From positions 1 through 64,000 of the IMG/VR virus record IMGVR_UViG_3300028888_000061: a stretch of 64,000 nt of DNA, one strand, 5' to 3'. Both the position numbers and the translations under genes were made by a program. The stretch comes from a virus (Duplodnaviria > Caudoviricetes). Below the pieces are notes generated by a model. That model saw only the letters and a program-made list of their open reading frames with translations. It did no database searches and was not told where the DNA came from. Positions 9,769 through 20,312 of the stretch are shown piece after piece; the first letter of the stretch is position 1, and the number at the start of each line of letters is the position of its first letter.

Positions 9769-11247
9769 ATGAGTTACAGAACAGCAATTTTGATTGACAG
9801 GTATGAAAAATCCTTTAGTGATTCAGAGCTTCAAGCTCAGGTAACAACGACAGTTGAGTATGACGCTGACTTACAGGATGGTGTGAGTGACTTACAGGAA
9901 GTCACCTCAGCGTCTATCGGAAGATACCCAGGTCATAAAATTTCAAATGCTGTGTCTACGCCTTTTAGTGTTACCGTCGTAACAGCACAAGGCGAGCAGC
10001 AGAGCGTGAGTATGGACAAGCAACAGAATCTGACATCCACGCATAAAAGAGTCGTAAACGGTGTGACCTACGTTCGTGTTCCGTACCGTTACGGTAAAGT
10101 GATTGAACAGAATGGAAAGAAAGTCCTTATCGCGATGTCTCCAAATGATGCAGCTCCATACGTTTGGCATTGCAATCTCGAAGAAGATGGAGTTGCTTCG
10201 TTTGATTGGGACGATTACTTTGAATCGCATGACGGACAACGACTGGATGAAGTACCGGAGTTCTTGAGAGGTGTCTTTATCTTCACTGAAAATCAAGAAC
10301 AACAAGACCCTAACGGAGGAGCACCAGAGACAGACAAAGTTTGGCCTGCATTAAAAATCTTAACTGATGAAGACTTTAAAGCTGTTTATATATCAGATGA
10401 CTCTCATTACTACTTCCTTGTTGAGGTTGACGGAACAGACATTCTCCTTGGAAGTGTCGGTGAACAGGAAGAACCCCCTTACATCTATTTTGACGGCGGT
10501 CCTGGGGAGTTCTTAAAAGGCGTACTGTTGCAAGAACCGAGTGATGCCGCAATTATCAGCAATGGTGAAGAAGAAGTCGTCACCTTGGATATGAAATTCG
10601 GTGAGGACTATTATCGTATTATAAACACTGATGAAGTTGTACGTGTGACCGATGACCCGAGTAGCGTTGTAACTGAACCTGATGAATACACTTTAATCTT
10701 GGCAAATGCCTTATATGGTGCTTCAAAGTCGATGTACGCAGTAGCACAACACAGAGGCGATGCATACGGAGAAATGACTCAAACGGAAATTACAGATTAT
10801 ATACGTCAGAACAGTAAAACAATTCCTAACGGTTTACTACGTGTAGATTACCCAGAAGCAATTCACGAAGAAGAGTTTGAAGGTATTGAAGAGGTTTTAC
10901 GTAATGTAAACGAAACTCTTCAAGAAAACGTAACACCTACGACATGGAAATTTGTTAAAAATACCGAGCTTGATGAAAATAAACCACCTTACAGAATAGT
11001 GCTGCTTGAAGAAAGCAAGATGAACGCTGCAAACGATATCAGGACAATATCCGGTTTCTTTGACGGACCTTATAACGACCTTCCGAGTGCCGTGACTTTT
11101 GTAAATGAAGCTCTTGATACGGTAACCGGAGAAGTTGTCTATCCAGCCGATTTCACGATGGAAGAAATCAATTCATTTACAAATGCGGTCGAGTCCAACC
11201 CTGACATAACATTAAACGGTGAACTTCGCATCATCAATGCCGAGTGA
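9769..11247 (+). CDS. Acidic hypothetical protein (possibly virion)
   Basis: Long ORF with GAGG RBS; no family recognised. Confidence 0.6.
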   Translation: MSYRTAILIDRYEKSFSDSELQAQVTTTVEYDADLQDGVSDLQEVTSASIGRYPGHKISNAVSTPFSVTVVTAQGEQQSVSMDKQQNLTSTHKRVVNGVTYVRVPYRYGKVIEQNGKKVLIAMSPNDAAPYVWHCNLEEDGVASFDWDDYFESHDGQRLDEVPEFLRGVFIFTENQEQQDPNGGAPETDKVWPALKILTDEDFKAVYISDDSHYYFLVEVDGTDILLGSVGEQEEPPYIYFDGGPGEFLKGVLLQEPSDAAIISNGEEEVVTLDMKFGEDYYRIINTDEVVRVTDDPSSVVTEPDEYTLILANALYGASKSMYAVAQHRGDAYGEMTQTEITDYIRQNSKTIPNGLLRVDYPEAIHEEEFEGIEEVLRNVNETLQENVTPTTWKFVKNTELDENKPPYRIVLLEESKMNAANDIRTISGFFDGPYNDLPSAVTFVNEALDTVTGEVVYPADFTMEEINSFTNAVESNPDITLNGELRIINAE

Positions 11248-11290
11248 AGTACAACAGTTTAACATAGAAAACGAAAATCGCGTACAGAGC

Positions 11291-11375
11291 GTCTAATTTG
11301 CTTTGTACGCGATTTTTTGTCTCAGACGTGTATTCACTAGGGTAAGGTCGTAACTTTTTAGTACAGGGCAAATTT
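11291..11375 (+). repeat. 85-bp dispersed inverted-repeat element, copy A (hairpin extension from about 11274)
   Basis: 76/85 identical to 42881..42965; ends CTAATTTGCTTTGTAC / GTACAGGGCAAATTT are near-complementary. Confidence 0.85.
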
Positions 11376-11403
11376 GACCACTTACGCAACGGCCTCGTAC
11401 CGA

Positions 11404-11886
11404 CTACTCGAACTCAATCTCACCCGGATTAAAGAATTGTGATTTGTGTCTGGATTTATCTCTTGGTCTGTCTTCTTCCATCATAAACGGAACAACATGA
11501 CAGACGTACCAAAGTCCAGTGAAGTATGTGCAGTTTACGGCTTTTATGACCCAGTTGTCTTCTCCGATAACGAGAACCTGGTCTTTAACAATGTCGAGAT
11601 GTACGCCGCCAAACTGGAACGGAATGAACACGATGACTGCGGGTTCGTTTCGTTCAATATGGTTGAACTGCAAGTTAGCCAATAAGCGACGGTTTGGGTG
11701 ATCCTGAAACAAGAGATGAATATGCTTCTCACGTCCAGACAGCTGATGGTTGTCTGAGTAGAACGACACAGAATCCACGTCAATGAGAACAGCTTCGATT
11801 CCGTAAAGACGCATCCCTTCATCAATGAAACCAATTTGGAGATTGCGTTCTGATTCAGTTGGTAAAAGCGATGTAAAAAGTCCCAT
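11404..11886 (-). CDS. Head closure / neck protein (T4 gp14-like)
   Basis: Size and DEGMRLYGIEAVLI N-terminus resemble gp14-type head-closure proteins; beta-rich body. Confidence 0.45.
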   Translation of the reverse strand: MGLFTSLLPTESERNLQIGFIDEGMRLYGIEAVLIDVDSVSFYSDNHQLSGREKHIHLLFQDHPNRRLLANLQFNHIERNEPAVIVFIPFQFGGVHLDIVKDQVLVIGEDNWVIKAVNCTYFTGLWYVCHVVPFMMEEDRPRDKSRHKSQFFNPGEIEFE

Positions 11887-12012
11887 TTGTCATTCACGGT
11901 GTATACAAAGTCGAAAACAGAAAGATAAAGAGGTTAGTCACAATAACCAACCACTTTCATCACGGTGTACACAAAATTGATAACTGAAAACAGAGAACCC
12001 AAAGTTGAATCA

Positions 12013-12609
12013 TCAATCATCAGGGAAAACAGAGCGAGTATAGGTAAAAATATCATCAGAACTTATACAGGACACAACACTCACGACGTTATCAGAAAAC
12101 AGCTGACACACCTCTTTCTGATGCTCCAAAGACATATTTAGTGGTTGTTGTGGATTTTCGTTTTCATGTCTGAATTTTACACGACATGTCTTGAAAACAA
12201 TATCTGCCTCATCCATGTCTGCATCTGTTATCATTGCTTCGTAAGTCATGTTCATTCTGTGCTTCGGCTTCTCAAGGCTTAATGAATTGAGATAGCCTAG
12301 CTGAGTTTCCAGTTCACTTCGCCAGTGGATGTATGTGGTTTTCAAGTCCGGTCGGTGAAGTTTGCAATACATACACAAGCACCAATTCTGTGCAATCTGT
12401 GGGTATCTGGCATGAACAAATCCTTTATATTGCTTCTTTGAGTAAGCCATTTCATTGATTCGCTCTCTTGTGAAATCACTATGTTCGTGGTCAACATGCT
12501 TTACTCTAAACTTGCGTAATTTGTGTTCAAGAAATCGAACACGATGTTCCAGATATTCCACGTACTCTCTATGGCTTTCAAAACATTCACGTCTCCTCAT
12601 TGCCACCAC
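12013..12609 (-). CDS. Hypothetical protein (candidate internal head protein)
   Basis: Basic leader, INE-MAY, QIAQNWCLC...HWRSEL. Confidence 0.6.
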   Translation of the reverse strand: MVAMRRRECFESHREYVEYLEHRVRFLEHKLRKFRVKHVDHEHSDFTRERINEMAYSKKQYKGFVHARYPQIAQNWCLCMYCKLHRPDLKTTYIHWRSELETQLGYLNSLSLEKPKHRMNMTYEAMITDADMDEADIVFKTCRVKFRHENENPQQPLNMSLEHQKEVCQLFSDNVVSVVSCISSDDIFTYTRSVFPDD

Positions 12610-12735
12610 CTCTCGAAATTCAAATTATTTCTCTTTGATAGCAACAACGGTAATCATTATCGCCATCACCCACGGTGTACGCAAAGTCATAGAACTTTGA
12701 CGTAACAGTGGTACTGCCAAGTAGTTCAAGTCTTC

Positions 12736-13719
12736 TCAGAGCGTAAACAGAATAGGTTTCAATTCCGTAACATTTGAAATCCAATGCTCATACAATTCCT
12801 TAGCCTCTGTGTAATCATGTGAAGTTCCAAGTTCACTAATAACTTTGAGTGCAAAAGAGGCCTGTTCAAAAGTTTCTAAAGGAAACTCGTTGTACTGATA
12901 CTCATCATGTAAACTAACTAGGTTGATAAGGAATGCTTCTGCTGTGTCGAGTACGTCATGCAGCTCAAAACGTCGTTTCTCACAGAAGCCTTTATGGTTA
13001 AAAGATTCTTTTATCCCTGAAATAAGTGCGTTTGTTTTGGCGCGAAAGTCCTCATAGTCAGAATAATCAGCAAATGTGTCGGTGTCCTCCAAAATCTTCT
13101 TATTGAACTTCTCAAAGTTCTCAACAGACTTGAAGCCAAATAACACCTTTTTGAGAGAGGTTCCATCTGGATAAGTGTGTACATACTCAAATAAGTTATC
13201 TTCTATTGGTTCGATTCCTCGGCGTTGTTTCAGAATCTTGGAAGCAAAAACGTTTGGTACGATATACCCATTGCTCTTTGCATACATGTGTTCCACAGCC
13301 CCACTGACTTCTGCAAAACAACAATACCCATTTGTTTTTATCTCGTACTCAATTAAAGCGTAAACGCCTTTTGACCTGTACTCTCCACGTCCTGCAATGT
13401 AACGCAAGCGAGGAACACCGAAATTGATCTTATACACTTGAACGGCACAAATGGCATTGGTTTCTTCTAAATTACCCGACATCGAAAAGACACGGTACAG
13501 AGAATCTTTATTGCTTAAAACGGAATCCAAATTTGCGCGAGTTCCGCCTAACCGGGAATACCCTGCTTCCAAAATTTCTTTTATGGTAGATTGCACCAAT
13601 TCCAAGTCCTCACGGCCCAATTCAAAAATGTACCCACTGACTGAATTGTCAGAGCCATCAAATGGAACACCATTAAGAGATTCACAGTATAAAGGTCTTT
13701 GTTTTCTACGCAGTACCAT
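12736..13719 (-). CDS. Hypothetical protein (candidate internal head protein)
   Basis: MVLRRKQRPLYCES leader; GAGG RBS; AEVSGAVEH motif. Confidence 0.6.
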   Translation of the reverse strand: MVLRRKQRPLYCESLNGVPFDGSDNSVSGYIFELGREDLELVQSTIKEILEAGYSRLGGTRANLDSVLSNKDSLYRVFSMSGNLEETNAICAVQVYKINFGVPRLRYIAGRGEYRSKGVYALIEYEIKTNGYCCFAEVSGAVEHMYAKSNGYIVPNVFASKILKQRRGIEPIEDNLFEYVHTYPDGTSLKKVLFGFKSVENFEKFNKKILEDTDTFADYSDYEDFRAKTNALISGIKESFNHKGFCEKRRFELHDVLDTAEAFLINLVSLHDEYQYNEFPLETFEQASFALKVISELGTSHDYTEAKELYEHWISNVTELKPILFTL

Positions 13720-13794
13720 CTCACACCTCACACGGTTAAAGTCTTTTCAGTTCGATAACGATACACAGTGAGGCCGTCATTATCGACACACGCT

Positions 13795-13836
13795 CTTATA
13801 CCACGAAAAGACACAAGCTCACTCAGTCAGCACCAC
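13795..13836 (-). promoter_or_regulatory. Phage promoter motif copy 4
   Basis: GTGGTGCTG (13836-13828), N27, CGTGG-TATAAG. Confidence 0.75.
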
Positions 13837-13973
13837 ACCAAAATGAAAGTCGCATGAAGTCGAATAGTAATGTCTTCAACGAATTAGCATCTTATCGAAC
13901 TAAACGCACAAACAATCTGTGCGTTTAGTTCTGTAATAGCGGTGGTTGACCGCACAACACATGGAGACAACAC

Positions 13974-15788
13974 ATGGGAATTTTCACGGATTATGGTCGT
14001 TACGTCAAAGCACGTGAGTTCAAGAAGTTCTGTAACAGCGGTGGCGGTTTGTGGTTTGCATTTGGTACAGGTGGAAAAGCATGGACAACCATTGAAATGC
14101 CGAAAGCACCACCATGCAATGACCGTCAAAACAGTAAACAGAATCAGGATGACGCTCCAACAGATGAAGACAGCACTGTTCCTTCCGGTTCTGTGCAGCC
14201 AAAGTACAGACCGTGTCCATGTGGATGTGGCTGTATGGTAGAGGTTCCTGTTACATCGTGGGGAACTGAAGATGGCGATTGGATTGAGATTCCGAAGTTC
14301 ACATACACACTGCCTGTAATGATGATTTTAACGACAAACAGAACGGAAGAGTCCTCAACTTACCTTTCCGAACATCCCATGTGTATGCAGCTAAACCCTG
14401 ACGGAAAAGCTGAGATTTACTTTGCTTACGATAATACACGTGACCCATTGTACGTAAGTGAGGATACACGTGTTTCAGCACGTGCCATACTGAAAGCATA
14501 CCATGACAATTATGATGCAGGTGCTTATGCAATCGTATTTCGAGATTACTACCTGACTAATGGCAAAGAAGATGGCAGTACGGACGAGATACCGGCAACA
14601 CGTTCTGCTTCTTTGACAGAGGATGACGATACCGAGAAAGGTTTCTGTATGGACTTGTCTGGGTTGCGTCATGGTTTGATTCAGTGGACAACCGTGTCAT
14701 CACAGGAAGACCCAAGACTTAATGAAAAACCCGGCAGCAAACGTGTTGTTTTAAACGAAGACGGAACACCGAAAACCGTTGCCAGACTGGACGCACTTGG
14801 TAACATCGTTCTTGATGCGGATGGGTTACCTGTATACGATACCGTGTATGAAGACTGGACTCCTGCGGAACTCTATGACAGGAAACAGGCTAGATATAAT
14901 GCACAGAAAGCACAGCCATTCCTTGTCCTGACGGATTTGGTTCGGGCACGTTCAAATGACAAGAGAAACAAGCCTACGACAATTACAGAATCATCAGGCA
15001 GTACAGGTGGTACAACATCGAAGACGACCGAATACGGTTCTGAGTATGAAGACCTTGATGCTTCAAGATACCTCAATGGATTTGACCTTAGCGGTGCACC
15101 ATACCCGATGCCTCTTACGGACATGGAACGTGACCGCAACTATCCGATTTTCCCGGTAAGTTACCTGGACGATTTGAACGACACGTCGGACGGAAATGCA
15201 AAACCTTTGTATGAAATCGACGGAACATTTTACGAAAAACGAACAGTAACCTCGACAGGTATTGAGTACAGTGAAGAAGTTATAGTTCCTGAAATGTCAG
15301 ACGTTGAAGAATTTAAAGCATTCCAGAGACGCAGACATCGCTGGTGTTTAAGCCGTTGGTACAACGCATTTGGCTTCCTTACAATGGTTAAGGGGAGTGC
15401 GGAACTCGTATGTGAAGCTGAAAAAGAAGAAGCTGACACATTCTTGTATGGTGGACGTTACTGGCGTCTTGCATCAGATGATATGTTTCCGACATACGTT
15501 ATTGTTCGTGCGAACCTGAATCCTTTCAGCGTGTCTAAATTCCCAGAAGTTGACCGTGCTTTTATCATTAAGCAAATTTGTGTGTATCACATGAAAGACA
15601 AAGCGTTCAATGCAGAGGTCTTGCGTTCAGAAGACTATGTCTTTGACGTTGGTCAAGCGGCTCCATCAGATGCTTCTGCAAACGTCATTAGACAAGACAA
15701 TCTTGAGTTCATAATGAACGATTATCTTGTGTCTGCTGAGAGAGTTCCTAATCAGATTGACCGTTATGGGTATATCATTGGGTTCTAA
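13974..15788 (+). CDS. Baseplate protein with large central insertion
   Basis: N-terminal FTDYGR...LWFAFGTG...W and C-terminal IKQICVY...R...YGYIIGF resemble small myovirus baseplate proteins. Confidence 0.5.
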   Translation: MGIFTDYGRYVKAREFKKFCNSGGGLWFAFGTGGKAWTTIEMPKAPPCNDRQNSKQNQDDAPTDEDSTVPSGSVQPKYRPCPCGCGCMVEVPVTSWGTEDGDWIEIPKFTYTLPVMMILTTNRTEESSTYLSEHPMCMQLNPDGKAEIYFAYDNTRDPLYVSEDTRVSARAILKAYHDNYDAGAYAIVFRDYYLTNGKEDGSTDEIPATRSASLTEDDDTEKGFCMDLSGLRHGLIQWTTVSSQEDPRLNEKPGSKRVVLNEDGTPKTVARLDALGNIVLDADGLPVYDTVYEDWTPAELYDRKQARYNAQKAQPFLVLTDLVRARSNDKRNKPTTITESSGSTGGTTSKTTEYGSEYEDLDASRYLNGFDLSGAPYPMPLTDMERDRNYPIFPVSYLDDLNDTSDGNAKPLYEIDGTFYEKRTVTSTGIEYSEEVIVPEMSDVEEFKAFQRRRHRWCLSRWYNAFGFLTMVKGSAELVCEAEKEEADTFLYGGRYWRLASDDMFPTYVIVRANLNPFSVSKFPEVDRAFIIKQICVYHMKDKAFNAEVLRSEDYVFDVGQAAPSDASANVIRQDNLEFIMNDYLVSAERVPNQIDRYGYIIGF

Positions 15789-15803
15789 AGGAGGGATTGA
15801 CCG

Positions 15804-17900
15804 ATGGCTAAGAAGATCACCCTCGAAGAATTGATGATGCCGCTCATTGACGATGCGGCAAACGTATTTTACTCAAAACTTGTATCTTTACTGGATGCTG
15901 TATGGGGACAGGTGTTTGTCCTGAAATCATGGTGTGGATGGCATCGACACAGACAGGTAGGATTCAAATGGAAATACGGTGCATTCTCATCGTATGCGAC
16001 GGACAGAAAATGCGTCATTGACCTGAACACAATTCCAAGAGAAATCGTCAAAGGGATTTCTGAGACGAACAAGAAATCGTACTTACGTGCCGTGTATCAG
16101 ATGGACATGTCTAAAATCCAGATTGATACGACTGAGAGTATTAGCAATACAGGCGGAGCTCCTGTGCCAACGTATCGCATAGATACAGATGCTCCGCTGA
16201 CTCTTATAGGGTACACAATAAGTACTGAAAATCGTGACCTCGTTTATGGTGCAGGAACGGGTGACCTTGTTGTTCGTACAAACGGAACGGATGGCGAAGT
16301 TAAAGACGTAATCGACTATCGAGATTTGCCGCGTCCATACATAACGATTCTCGTAGGTACTGTTACGTCTTTTGCAGATGTGTCAATACAGTTCGACCCT
16401 GTGTACAGAAACGGTATTCTTGATGATGACGCATTTAAGCTGAATCGTAAAACGACGATTTACCCGCAAGACTCAAAAGATCTGCAAAGCATCGCAACGA
16501 AAGACGTTACGCAGGGAACGAAATACGAATGGGATTGCGGTCGTGTGTTTGAATATGCATACAACGACACAAATTCAAACACGGTGTGGTGGAAATATTA
16601 CTCCATTGATTCAGATGGAATGGAATGGCTGCTTGAATCATCCGAAAGACCTTCCAGACAGACTAACGACATTATGCTGCCCTTCTTGAACAGTCTTTAT
16701 GACATGGATTATTTCTTTGGTGGTGCAGGCTTTCGACGTGAGTGCTTGTCAGCTGACAAGCAACATTTCAAGCTGATGGTATGGAAATTAAAAAGCCATG
16801 TTATGACGCCAAAAGAAGGTGTAGAAGAAGTCTATATGCGATTCACGCCTCATAAAATGCACAAGCGAGAACCTTACACATCTGTCTCAGGAAAACATTT
16901 AACGAAAGGTATTAAGAAGTACAAGATAAGCAAGCTCATCAGTCTGACGAGAAACTTCTTGTATGTGCACCATACGTTTCATCCAAACCTTAAATACTCA
17001 AATGAGAACATCATCTTCACTGAACTGTTCAACAACTGTGTGTTCTTCAAAGACCGTTTGCTGTGCAGACGTTCTGCGTATGACATCGCAAAACGGTACA
17101 CAAACAAAATAGAGCCATCGCTGAATGCAGACGTTTACTTACTCCTTATCGCCGCATTCTCAAATGTCTCTCTCCATTATCTGTTTAACGGACATCCAGT
17201 TAATTCGCTCACGCACGCATTATGCACAACGAAAGAAACCATAAGCGGTTCCCTGACAGCGAATGACATGAAACAGATAACGAAACTGGTATCCGTTGCG
17301 ATGGACATGACTGTAGACGCATCAACGGGTATTTACGAACACTGTGGGTGGGATAAAATCTGGACTCCGTACATATTTGTTAAAAACGCCACAATGACAG
17401 AATACAAAACAAAAGGCGGAACGCTTGTGAAATTCGTGAATGTTGGCACAGACACAAATCCGATTTATTATCGCATTGAACGGACATCAACGGAAGCCAA
17501 CGACTTCGGAATCGACAATCTGACCAAACACACCTTTGTTATTGAGGCTTGGTCAGAAAACGACCTTAACAAGTATTACCCTGCGTCCAGCGGTATGAAC
17601 GTCTCTATCCCAGGAATGTACACACCTGGATTCCAGTCTCATCCGGCAGGTCGTTTGACAGCCCTGAGTGAGCCAACTGAAATTGTTTACAGACCTTGGT
17701 CTGTATTCATGGACAACATGGCTGCATTGTTTAACGACACGTATATGGGTGACGATACGTACATGCCGAGGAAAAAACAAGCGGTTGTTTCCGATAACAG
17801 CATGACGATGTTTATGGATAACGCACAAAGCAACAGACCTTTAAGGTTGACGGTAGTGACTGATACAGACACAGGTCATAAGTATCTGAAAGCAATTTAG
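15804..17900 (+). CDS. Hypothetical protein (probable virion/baseplate)
   Basis: 698-aa ORF with strong RBS, co-oriented with the baseplate gene. Confidence 0.55.
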   Translation: MAKKITLEELMMPLIDDAANVFYSKLVSLLDAVWGQVFVLKSWCGWHRHRQVGFKWKYGAFSSYATDRKCVIDLNTIPREIVKGISETNKKSYLRAVYQMDMSKIQIDTTESISNTGGAPVPTYRIDTDAPLTLIGYTISTENRDLVYGAGTGDLVVRTNGTDGEVKDVIDYRDLPRPYITILVGTVTSFADVSIQFDPVYRNGILDDDAFKLNRKTTIYPQDSKDLQSIATKDVTQGTKYEWDCGRVFEYAYNDTNSNTVWWKYYSIDSDGMEWLLESSERPSRQTNDIMLPFLNSLYDMDYFFGGAGFRRECLSADKQHFKLMVWKLKSHVMTPKEGVEEVYMRFTPHKMHKREPYTSVSGKHLTKGIKKYKISKLISLTRNFLYVHHTFHPNLKYSNENIIFTELFNNCVFFKDRLLCRRSAYDIAKRYTNKIEPSLNADVYLLLIAAFSNVSLHYLFNGHPVNSLTHALCTTKETISGSLTANDMKQITKLVSVAMDMTVDASTGIYEHCGWDKIWTPYIFVKNATMTEYKTKGGTLVKFVNVGTDTNPIYYRIERTSTEANDFGIDNLTKHTFVIEAWSENDLNKYYPASSGMNVSIPGMYTPGFQSHPAGRLTALSEPTEIVYRPWSVFMDNMAALFNDTYMGDDTYMPRKKQAVVSDNSMTMFMDNAQSNRPLRLTVVTDTDTGHKYLKAI

Positions 17901-17919
17901 TTCAACAGGAGAAGACGTT

Positions 17920-18843
17920 ATGAAAACCTTACCTTTTATGTACGGCATCATCTTCCGTAGTGAAAAAGATGGACAAGGTAATGAGACATTTCGTACTTTT
18001 CGTGTTGGAACTCACGGAAAATACGAAATGCAGGGGGTCGATGCTTTGAAATCGTTTATCAACGAAACACCAATAGACCGTCTAATGCACAAAATGACGA
18101 TATCTGACGGAATGATTTTCATTTCTGATGAGGTGTATCAGCCGGATGAACGTATCGTGTTCCGTTATTCAGGGTATGCAAATGCACTTCTCGGATGGAA
18201 ACGAATCATTGAATGGGCACATCGTTCAGGAATCCTAAACGAGCTTAACATAAAGTACCCACTAGGTACGCTTGTCTTCATGCACGACAACCTGCTTGAT
18301 TCCTTATACGATGTAGATACGTTTAACGAAATTGCACAAGACAAAGCATTTTATGACTCTGTGAACTGTCAGCAGGAAACCACATATATCGTAACGGATG
18401 TGTCTCTTAACCGTCTGGATAACGATGGTTATCCATCATGGAGAAATAACAGCGACACTGGGAAACGCAAAAACATAACGTACAGTATGGTGGTGTGTTA
18501 CACTGGTTTGGAACCAAACATCCCATCCTTTGTAAACAACGAAAAAGACAGTTTTGAATACGTTTATTTTCATGCTGTTGAAAAGACACATGACCCGGAT
18601 AATCTGTTTGGTGCTCTCGCTTATCTGTCGTTTTATAATGTAACGCCTGGGAACATCAGCTCTATAATGTATATGTCATTTGCGTGTGCGACATTGCTTC
18701 AAACTCCATTACAGACTTATGGACTGAACGGACAGATTGAAACTGTATGGCTTGACCCAGAGATTGGCACACCAGTAAGAGTTGTTCGTCAGCCTGTTAC
18801 GGAGCAATTCATAACATCTCTTCATCAAAAGACGCTGAAATAG
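17920..18843 (+). CDS. Hypothetical protein
   Basis: 307-aa ORF with AGGAG RBS. Confidence 0.6.
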   Translation: MKTLPFMYGIIFRSEKDGQGNETFRTFRVGTHGKYEMQGVDALKSFINETPIDRLMHKMTISDGMIFISDEVYQPDERIVFRYSGYANALLGWKRIIEWAHRSGILNELNIKYPLGTLVFMHDNLLDSLYDVDTFNEIAQDKAFYDSVNCQQETTYIVTDVSLNRLDNDGYPSWRNNSDTGKRKNITYSMVVCYTGLEPNIPSFVNNEKDSFEYVYFHAVEKTHDPDNLFGALAYLSFYNVTPGNISSIMYMSFACATLLQTPLQTYGLNGQIETVWLDPEIGTPVRVVRQPVTEQFITSLHQKTLK

Positions 18844-18855
18844 GAGAAAACACTT

Positions 18856-19587
18856 ATGGCTATGTGTTATAGAGGTAACAAGGAATCGACATCTTACCAC
18901 ATTGTGCGTTTCATTGAAAACCTGATGACCGACAAGAAACAGATAGTTGATTTGTTCTGTGGTGGATGTTCGGTAGCATGTGCACTTCCAAAACGATTTC
19001 ATGTTGTTGCAAATGACTCAAACCCTTATCTGATGTCGATGTTTCACGTCTTGAAAAACGATATGTGGCAAGACCCGCCTGTACCAGTAGATGCTGAATT
19101 CTACGACATTATGAAAAATGAACTGGATAAAGATTATCGTAAATTCACGCCTAATGGAAATGCACTTAAATCTGATGACGCTACACTGATTCTGCGTGCT
19201 AAAATAGGGTGGGCTGGGTTTGCCGGGTCATCAGGAGACTTCATGGCTTCTTTTTGTGGACGTTCAAGTGGAAGTGCGACTGATAAGACGTTTTACCGTG
19301 CAAAGAAAATTAAAGAAACTGTCTCTATACTGAAAGAGAACGATGTGCAGCTTACCTGTATTGACTACAAAGAATTTCAACCAAATGTCCCTACTGTCTT
19401 TTACTGTGACCCTCCGTTTTCAGGGAAAATCAAGTACCCATTAACGTCATTCAAATCGGAAGAATTTTTTGACTGGTGTCGAAACATCGTAAAGAAAGGA
19501 CATGTCGTTTTGGTAAGTGAGATTTCCGCACCGGAAGATTTCAAACGTGTTTGGGACAGGGAAGGCAATCTGTTTATTTTGTCGTGA
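18856..19587 (+). CDS. DNA adenine methyltransferase (Dam/D12 class), orphan
   Basis: YRGNK, VDLFCGGCS (motif I), AND, YCDPPF (motif IV), VLVSE. Confidence 0.85.
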   Translation: MAMCYRGNKESTSYHIVRFIENLMTDKKQIVDLFCGGCSVACALPKRFHVVANDSNPYLMSMFHVLKNDMWQDPPVPVDAEFYDIMKNELDKDYRKFTPNGNALKSDDATLILRAKIGWAGFAGSSGDFMASFCGRSSGSATDKTFYRAKKIKETVSILKENDVQLTCIDYKEFQPNVPTVFYCDPPFSGKIKYPLTSFKSEEFFDWCRNIVKKGHVVLVSEISAPEDFKRVWDREGNLFILS

Positions 19588-19698
19588 ACTACCGGTATCT
19601 AAACCAGAGTGCTCTAAAACAGCACATCGGTTTAATAGGGGGCATTCGTTCAAGATTGGAGACCTCAGGTTTCCAACTCACTTTGAGAGGATTTACCT

Positions 19699-20100
19699 AT
19701 GAGAAAAATAGCTTTTATTTCAACACTATGTGCTTGCATGATGTTCACGGTTTCCTGTGCTTCAAAACAGTCTCCGAAAGACGAAGTTCAGAATGCACAG
19801 CAAGAAAATGCCAAAGCACAGAATGATAATGCAGCCGATGCCGCTGATGCAGATGCTGCGAAACCTGCTGATGAAGCAAAGGACGCCGCAAAGGATGCAG
19901 ATGCTAAACCTGCTGAGGAAGCAAAGGATGCCGAAGCGAAACCTGCTGAAGACGCCAAAGCTGCTCCTGAGGCTGACAAGAAAGCAGACGAAAAACCTGC
20001 TGACGATGCCGCAAATGGCAATGCTGATAAGAAAGAAGAACAGAAACCTGCGGATGATAAGAAAGAAGACCAAGACAAGCCCACCGATGGTAACAAATAA
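19699..20100 (+). CDS. Lipoprotein with Ala/Asp/Lys-rich repeats
   Basis: Signal II with lipobox TVSC; repeated KPA(D/E)(D/E) units. Confidence 0.8.
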   Translation: MRKIAFISTLCACMMFTVSCASKQSPKDEVQNAQQENAKAQNDNAADAADADAAKPADEAKDAAKDADAKPAEEAKDAEAKPAEDAKAAPEADKKADEKPADDAANGNADKKEEQKPADDKKEDQDKPTDGNK

Positions 20101-20150
20101 ACTTGAACTTAACAGGTAAAGACATACGCCGTGAACAGGCGATGAATGGG

Positions 20151-20197
20151 GCGCATAGATGATGGATGGTTTGTGAGACTGTCATCTATGCGCTTTT
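20151..20197 (+). terminator. Intrinsic terminator
   Basis: GCGCATAGATGA...TCATCTATGCGC followed by TTTT. Confidence 0.7.
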
Positions 20198-20312
20198 GTG
20201 TAACCGTGATTTGTGAACCACAATAATTTGCCAAAAGATTCTTTATGGCTTATGGACATTTCCGTGCTTGAGGTGTCCGAAGTGGTCACACGCATTTCTT
20301 ACGGAGATTCTT

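Noticed and set aside
19757-20185. Several overlapping ORFs on both strands of the lipoprotein
   Set aside because: Shadow frames of low-complexity repeats.
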